NCBI GenBank assembly: GCA_965203555.1
Contig: CBDBCY010000004.1
Location: forward strand, 2,464,001-2,528,000
DNA length: 64,000 bases
Reading direction: 5' to 3'
DNA from: Acidimicrobiia bacterium
Lineage (GTDB): Bacteria; Actinomycetota; Acidimicrobiia; Spongiisociales; ZC4RG35
Below the pieces are notes generated by a model. It saw nothing but the letters and a program-made list of their open reading frames with translations, made no database searches and was not told where the DNA came from. Shown here piece after piece: positions 61,382-64,000 of the stretch (position 1 is the first letter of the stretch; every line of letters begins with the position of its first letter). A program made the position numbers and the translations under genes.

Positions 61382-62137
61382 ATGACATCTACCACGATGC
61401 GGGACCTGATTGACGCGGGTCTCCATTTCGGCCACGAGACACGCCGGTGGAACCCGAAGATGAAACCCTATCTTTACACCCAGTCCAACGGCATCCACAT
61501 CATCGATCTTCGGCAAACGGTCGTCTTATTGGATGAGGCCCTTGTCTTCGTGCGGAACGCAGTGGCCAACGGAGGGAAGATACTCTTCATAGGCACGAAG
61601 AAGCAGGCCAGGAACAGCATTGCCCAGCACGCCGAGTCAGTAGAGATGCCATATGTCAACTTTCGGTGGCTGGGAGGCATGTTGACCAATTTCCAGACCA
61701 TCCGCCAACGCATTTCCTACATGAAGGAACTGGAGGCGGAGGAGAACAGTGGTGAGATGCAATCACGTCCCAAGAAGGAACGCCTTCGCCTCAGAAGGGA
61801 CCTGCAGAAGCTCCGCCAAAGCCTGGGAGGGGTGCGCGATCTCGATGAGCTTCCCGCCGGGGTCTTCGTGATAGATGTCAACGCCGAGGAAACTGCTGTA
61901 CGCGAAGCCACCCGGCTGGGGATTCCGATTGTGGCGCTGGTGGACTCCAACTGCAATCCCGAACCCATAACCCATGTGATCCCGGGCAACGATGACGCCA
62001 TTCGAGCGGCCGAACTGATCTGTTCCATGGTCTCCAACGCCTGTTCGGAGGGACGAGAGATGGAGAAGAAAAAGAAGAAAAAGAAGAAGGGTGGTTCACC
62101 GGCAACGTCGGGTTCCCGGACTCCGAGAGGCAGGTAA
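61382..62137 (+). CDS. rpsB: 30S ribosomal protein S2
   Basis: AGLHFGH, WNPKM, GTKKQA, RWLGGMLTN, PGNDDAIR. Confidence 0.97.
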   Translation: MTSTTMRDLIDAGLHFGHETRRWNPKMKPYLYTQSNGIHIIDLRQTVVLLDEALVFVRNAVANGGKILFIGTKKQARNSIAQHAESVEMPYVNFRWLGGMLTNFQTIRQRISYMKELEAEENSGEMQSRPKKERLRLRRDLQKLRQSLGGVRDLDELPAGVFVIDVNAEETAVREATRLGIPIVALVDSNCNPEPITHVIPGNDDAIRAAELICSMVSNACSEGREMEKKKKKKKKGGSPATSGSRTPRGR

Positions 62138-62139
62138 AT

Positions 62140-62760
62140 ATGGCGAACTTCACAGCTAAGGACGTCCAACGCCTGCGCCGGCGCGCCGGAGTTGGAATGA
62201 TGGATGCCAAGAAGGCTCTGGTGGAGACGGACGGGGACATGGACAAGGCCCATGATCTTCTTCGGGAGAGAGGTTTGGCCCAAGCGGCCAAACGGTCGGG
62301 TCGGGAAGCCAACGAAGGGACCATCGGTAATTACCTGCACCATCAATCGGGCCATCCGGTGATGGGTGTGCTGGTCGAGTTGGCCTGCGAAACCGACTTC
62401 GTCGCCAAGAGCCCCGAATTCAATGAGGTGGCCAACGACATCGCCATGCACGTTTCCTGGGCGGCGCCCCGTTGGATTACCAGGGAAGAAGTTCCCGAAG
62501 ACGTCCTGGCTCATGAGAGTGACCTGATCGCCAGGGCGGCCCGGACCGAAGGCAAACCGGACCGGATCATTCCCAGGATCGTGCAGGGACGCATGGAGAA
62601 GTTCTTCGTTGAAAACGTCCTGAACGACCAGGTGTTCGTCAATGCCCAGAAGTTCGAGGGAACGGTGGGCGCTCTCGTGACCGGCTTGGCGGCCAAGATG
62701 GGCGAGAATATCCAGATACGCCGGGTGTCTCGGGTAGCGGTGGGCGAGCAGGACTCCTAG
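62140..62760 (+). CDS. tsf: Elongation factor Ts (short, ~200-aa form)
   Basis: GMMDAKKAL, ETDFV, KMGENIQIRR. Confidence 0.96.
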   Translation: MANFTAKDVQRLRRRAGVGMMDAKKALVETDGDMDKAHDLLRERGLAQAAKRSGREANEGTIGNYLHHQSGHPVMGVLVELACETDFVAKSPEFNEVANDIAMHVSWAAPRWITREEVPEDVLAHESDLIARAARTEGKPDRIIPRIVQGRMEKFFVENVLNDQVFVNAQKFEGTVGALVTGLAAKMGENIQIRRVSRVAVGEQDS

Positions 62761-63468
62761 ATGTCTTCCCGTAGGGTTCTCCTCAAGCTTTCGGGGGAGG
62801 CCTTTTGCGAACGAGGAGGCGGGTTCGGGATCGATCCGAGCAGGGTTGCCGATGTCGCCCGGGAGATCAGCCAGGCTCGGGCGGAAGGGATCCAAGTCTC
62901 GGTGGTGGTGGGCGGCGGCAACATTTTCAGGGGTACTGCCCTGGCGGCCCGCGGTCTGGATCCGGCCACCGCAGACTACATGGGGATGCTTGCCACGGTG
63001 ATGAACGGGTTGGCGCTCCGGGACGCCCTGGAAAAGTGTGGTATGACCACACGCGTGATGAGCGCCATCGCTATGCGGCAGGTGAGCGAGCCTTATATTC
63101 GTCTCCGGGCGGTTCGCCACTTGGAGAAAGGGCGCATAGTGGTGTTCGTGGCCGGAACCGGCAACCCGTTCTTTACCACCGACACCACCGCCGCGCTGCG
63201 GGCGGTGGAGATCGGAGCTGAGGTGGTCCTGAAAGCAAGCAAGGTCGAGGGGGTGTACAGCGCCGATCCCAATATGGATGATTCCGCGCGCCTTCTGGAG
63301 TCCGCCTCTTACATGGATGTCATCTCCGAGGACCTCAGAGTCATGGATATGACCGCCATTACCCTGTGTCGGGAGCATCAACTGCCTATTGTGGTATTTG
63401 ACATGACCAGGCCGGGCAATGTGTATCGAGCATTGATGGGAGAACGGCTCGGCACCGAGGTGAGTTAG
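62761..63468 (+). CDS. pyrH: UMP kinase
   Basis: LLKLSGEA, GGGNIFRG, DYMGMLAT, PFFTTDT. Confidence 0.97.
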   Translation: MSSRRVLLKLSGEAFCERGGGFGIDPSRVADVAREISQARAEGIQVSVVVGGGNIFRGTALAARGLDPATADYMGMLATVMNGLALRDALEKCGMTTRVMSAIAMRQVSEPYIRLRAVRHLEKGRIVVFVAGTGNPFFTTDTTAALRAVEIGAEVVLKASKVEGVYSADPNMDDSARLLESASYMDVISEDLRVMDMTAITLCREHQLPIVVFDMTRPGNVYRALMGERLGTEVS

Positions 63469-63477
63469 GGAAGAACG

Positions 63478-64000
63478 ATGATTGAAGAGGTCTTGGAAGA
63501 AGCCGGACTGATGATGGAAGACTCGGTGGAGTACGTTACCGGGCAGTTCGCCATCGTCCGGACCGGCCGGGCCAACCCTCAGATCGTGCAGAACCTGCGA
63601 GTCAATTACTACGGGGCCTCCCTTCCCCTTCAGCAGTTGGCCAATTTCACAGTGCCCGACCCGCGCCTTCTGGTCATCCATCCCTATGACCGAAGCGCCA
63701 TCGCCGATATAGAAAAGGCGCTGCACGCTTCGGATCTGGGGATAAATCCATCCAACGACGGCGCGGTGATCCGGCTGGCCTTCCCTCCCCTCACCGAGGA
63801 GCGCCGGATCGAGTTGATTCGTATTGTCAGACGGCAGGCCGAGGACGGCAGGGTGTCGGTCAGGAACGCCAGGCGCAGGGCGAAGTCGGACCTCGAAGCC
63901 CTCAAGGGGTTATGCTCCGATGATGACCTGCGGCGCGCCGAGAAAGTGCTGCAGGATTTGACCGACCGGACCATAAAACAGGTGGACACATTGCTCAAGC
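63478..64000 (+). CDS. frr: Ribosome recycling factor (3'-truncated by the window edge)
   Basis: VRTGRANP, YYG, LGINPSNDG..IRL.FPPLTEERR. Confidence 0.95.
   Translation, partial: MIEEVLEEAGLMMEDSVEYVTGQFAIVRTGRANPQIVQNLRVNYYGASLPLQQLANFTVPDPRLLVIHPYDRSAIADIEKALHASDLGINPSNDGAVIRLAFPPLTEERRIELIRIVRRQAEDGRVSVRNARRRAKSDLEALKGLCSDDDLRRAEKVLQDLTDRTIKQVDTLLK

Noticed and set aside
62140-62760. Truncated EF-Ts
   Set aside because: The ~200-aa form is a known natural variant and both termini are intact.

Overview
GC-rich actinobacterial chromosome segment, most likely Acidimicrobiia. This is an inference from gene order and from the PPC, cadherin and SLH surface proteins; a host-associated lifestyle is possible. 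The left end (1-5.2 kb) is a defence island: the start of a type I-G (I-U) CRISPR-Cas operon (cas3 with C-terminal HD domain, then partial csx17/cas8g), an orphan antitoxin-like ORF, a degenerate duplicate of the wecB 3' end, and a small type II restriction-modification pair. The most notable element lies just upstream of cas3: a roughly 85-nt crRNA-like unit made of a split, permuted I-G-like repeat. Its spacer matches 16 of 18 nt of a TTG-PAM-flanked site covering the -35 box of the predicted cas promoter, about 80 bp away. The rest is mostly housekeeping: cimA with an Ile attenuator, trpS, guaB3-guaA-pcrA, tal, sucCD, purH-folD, moeZ-mec-cysO-cysM, hpnCDE, trmD-rplS-lepB, yraN-comM-dprA-xerC and rpsB-tsf-pyrH-frr. 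It is interrupted by an IS1380 element with a 5-bp target duplication, an NYN-RNase pseudogene facing a small structured RNA, a VapBC pair, a second DprA, secreted repeat proteins, and a catabolic cluster with Mct-like and Mcd-like genes. All calls come from motif recognition by eye; no searches were run.
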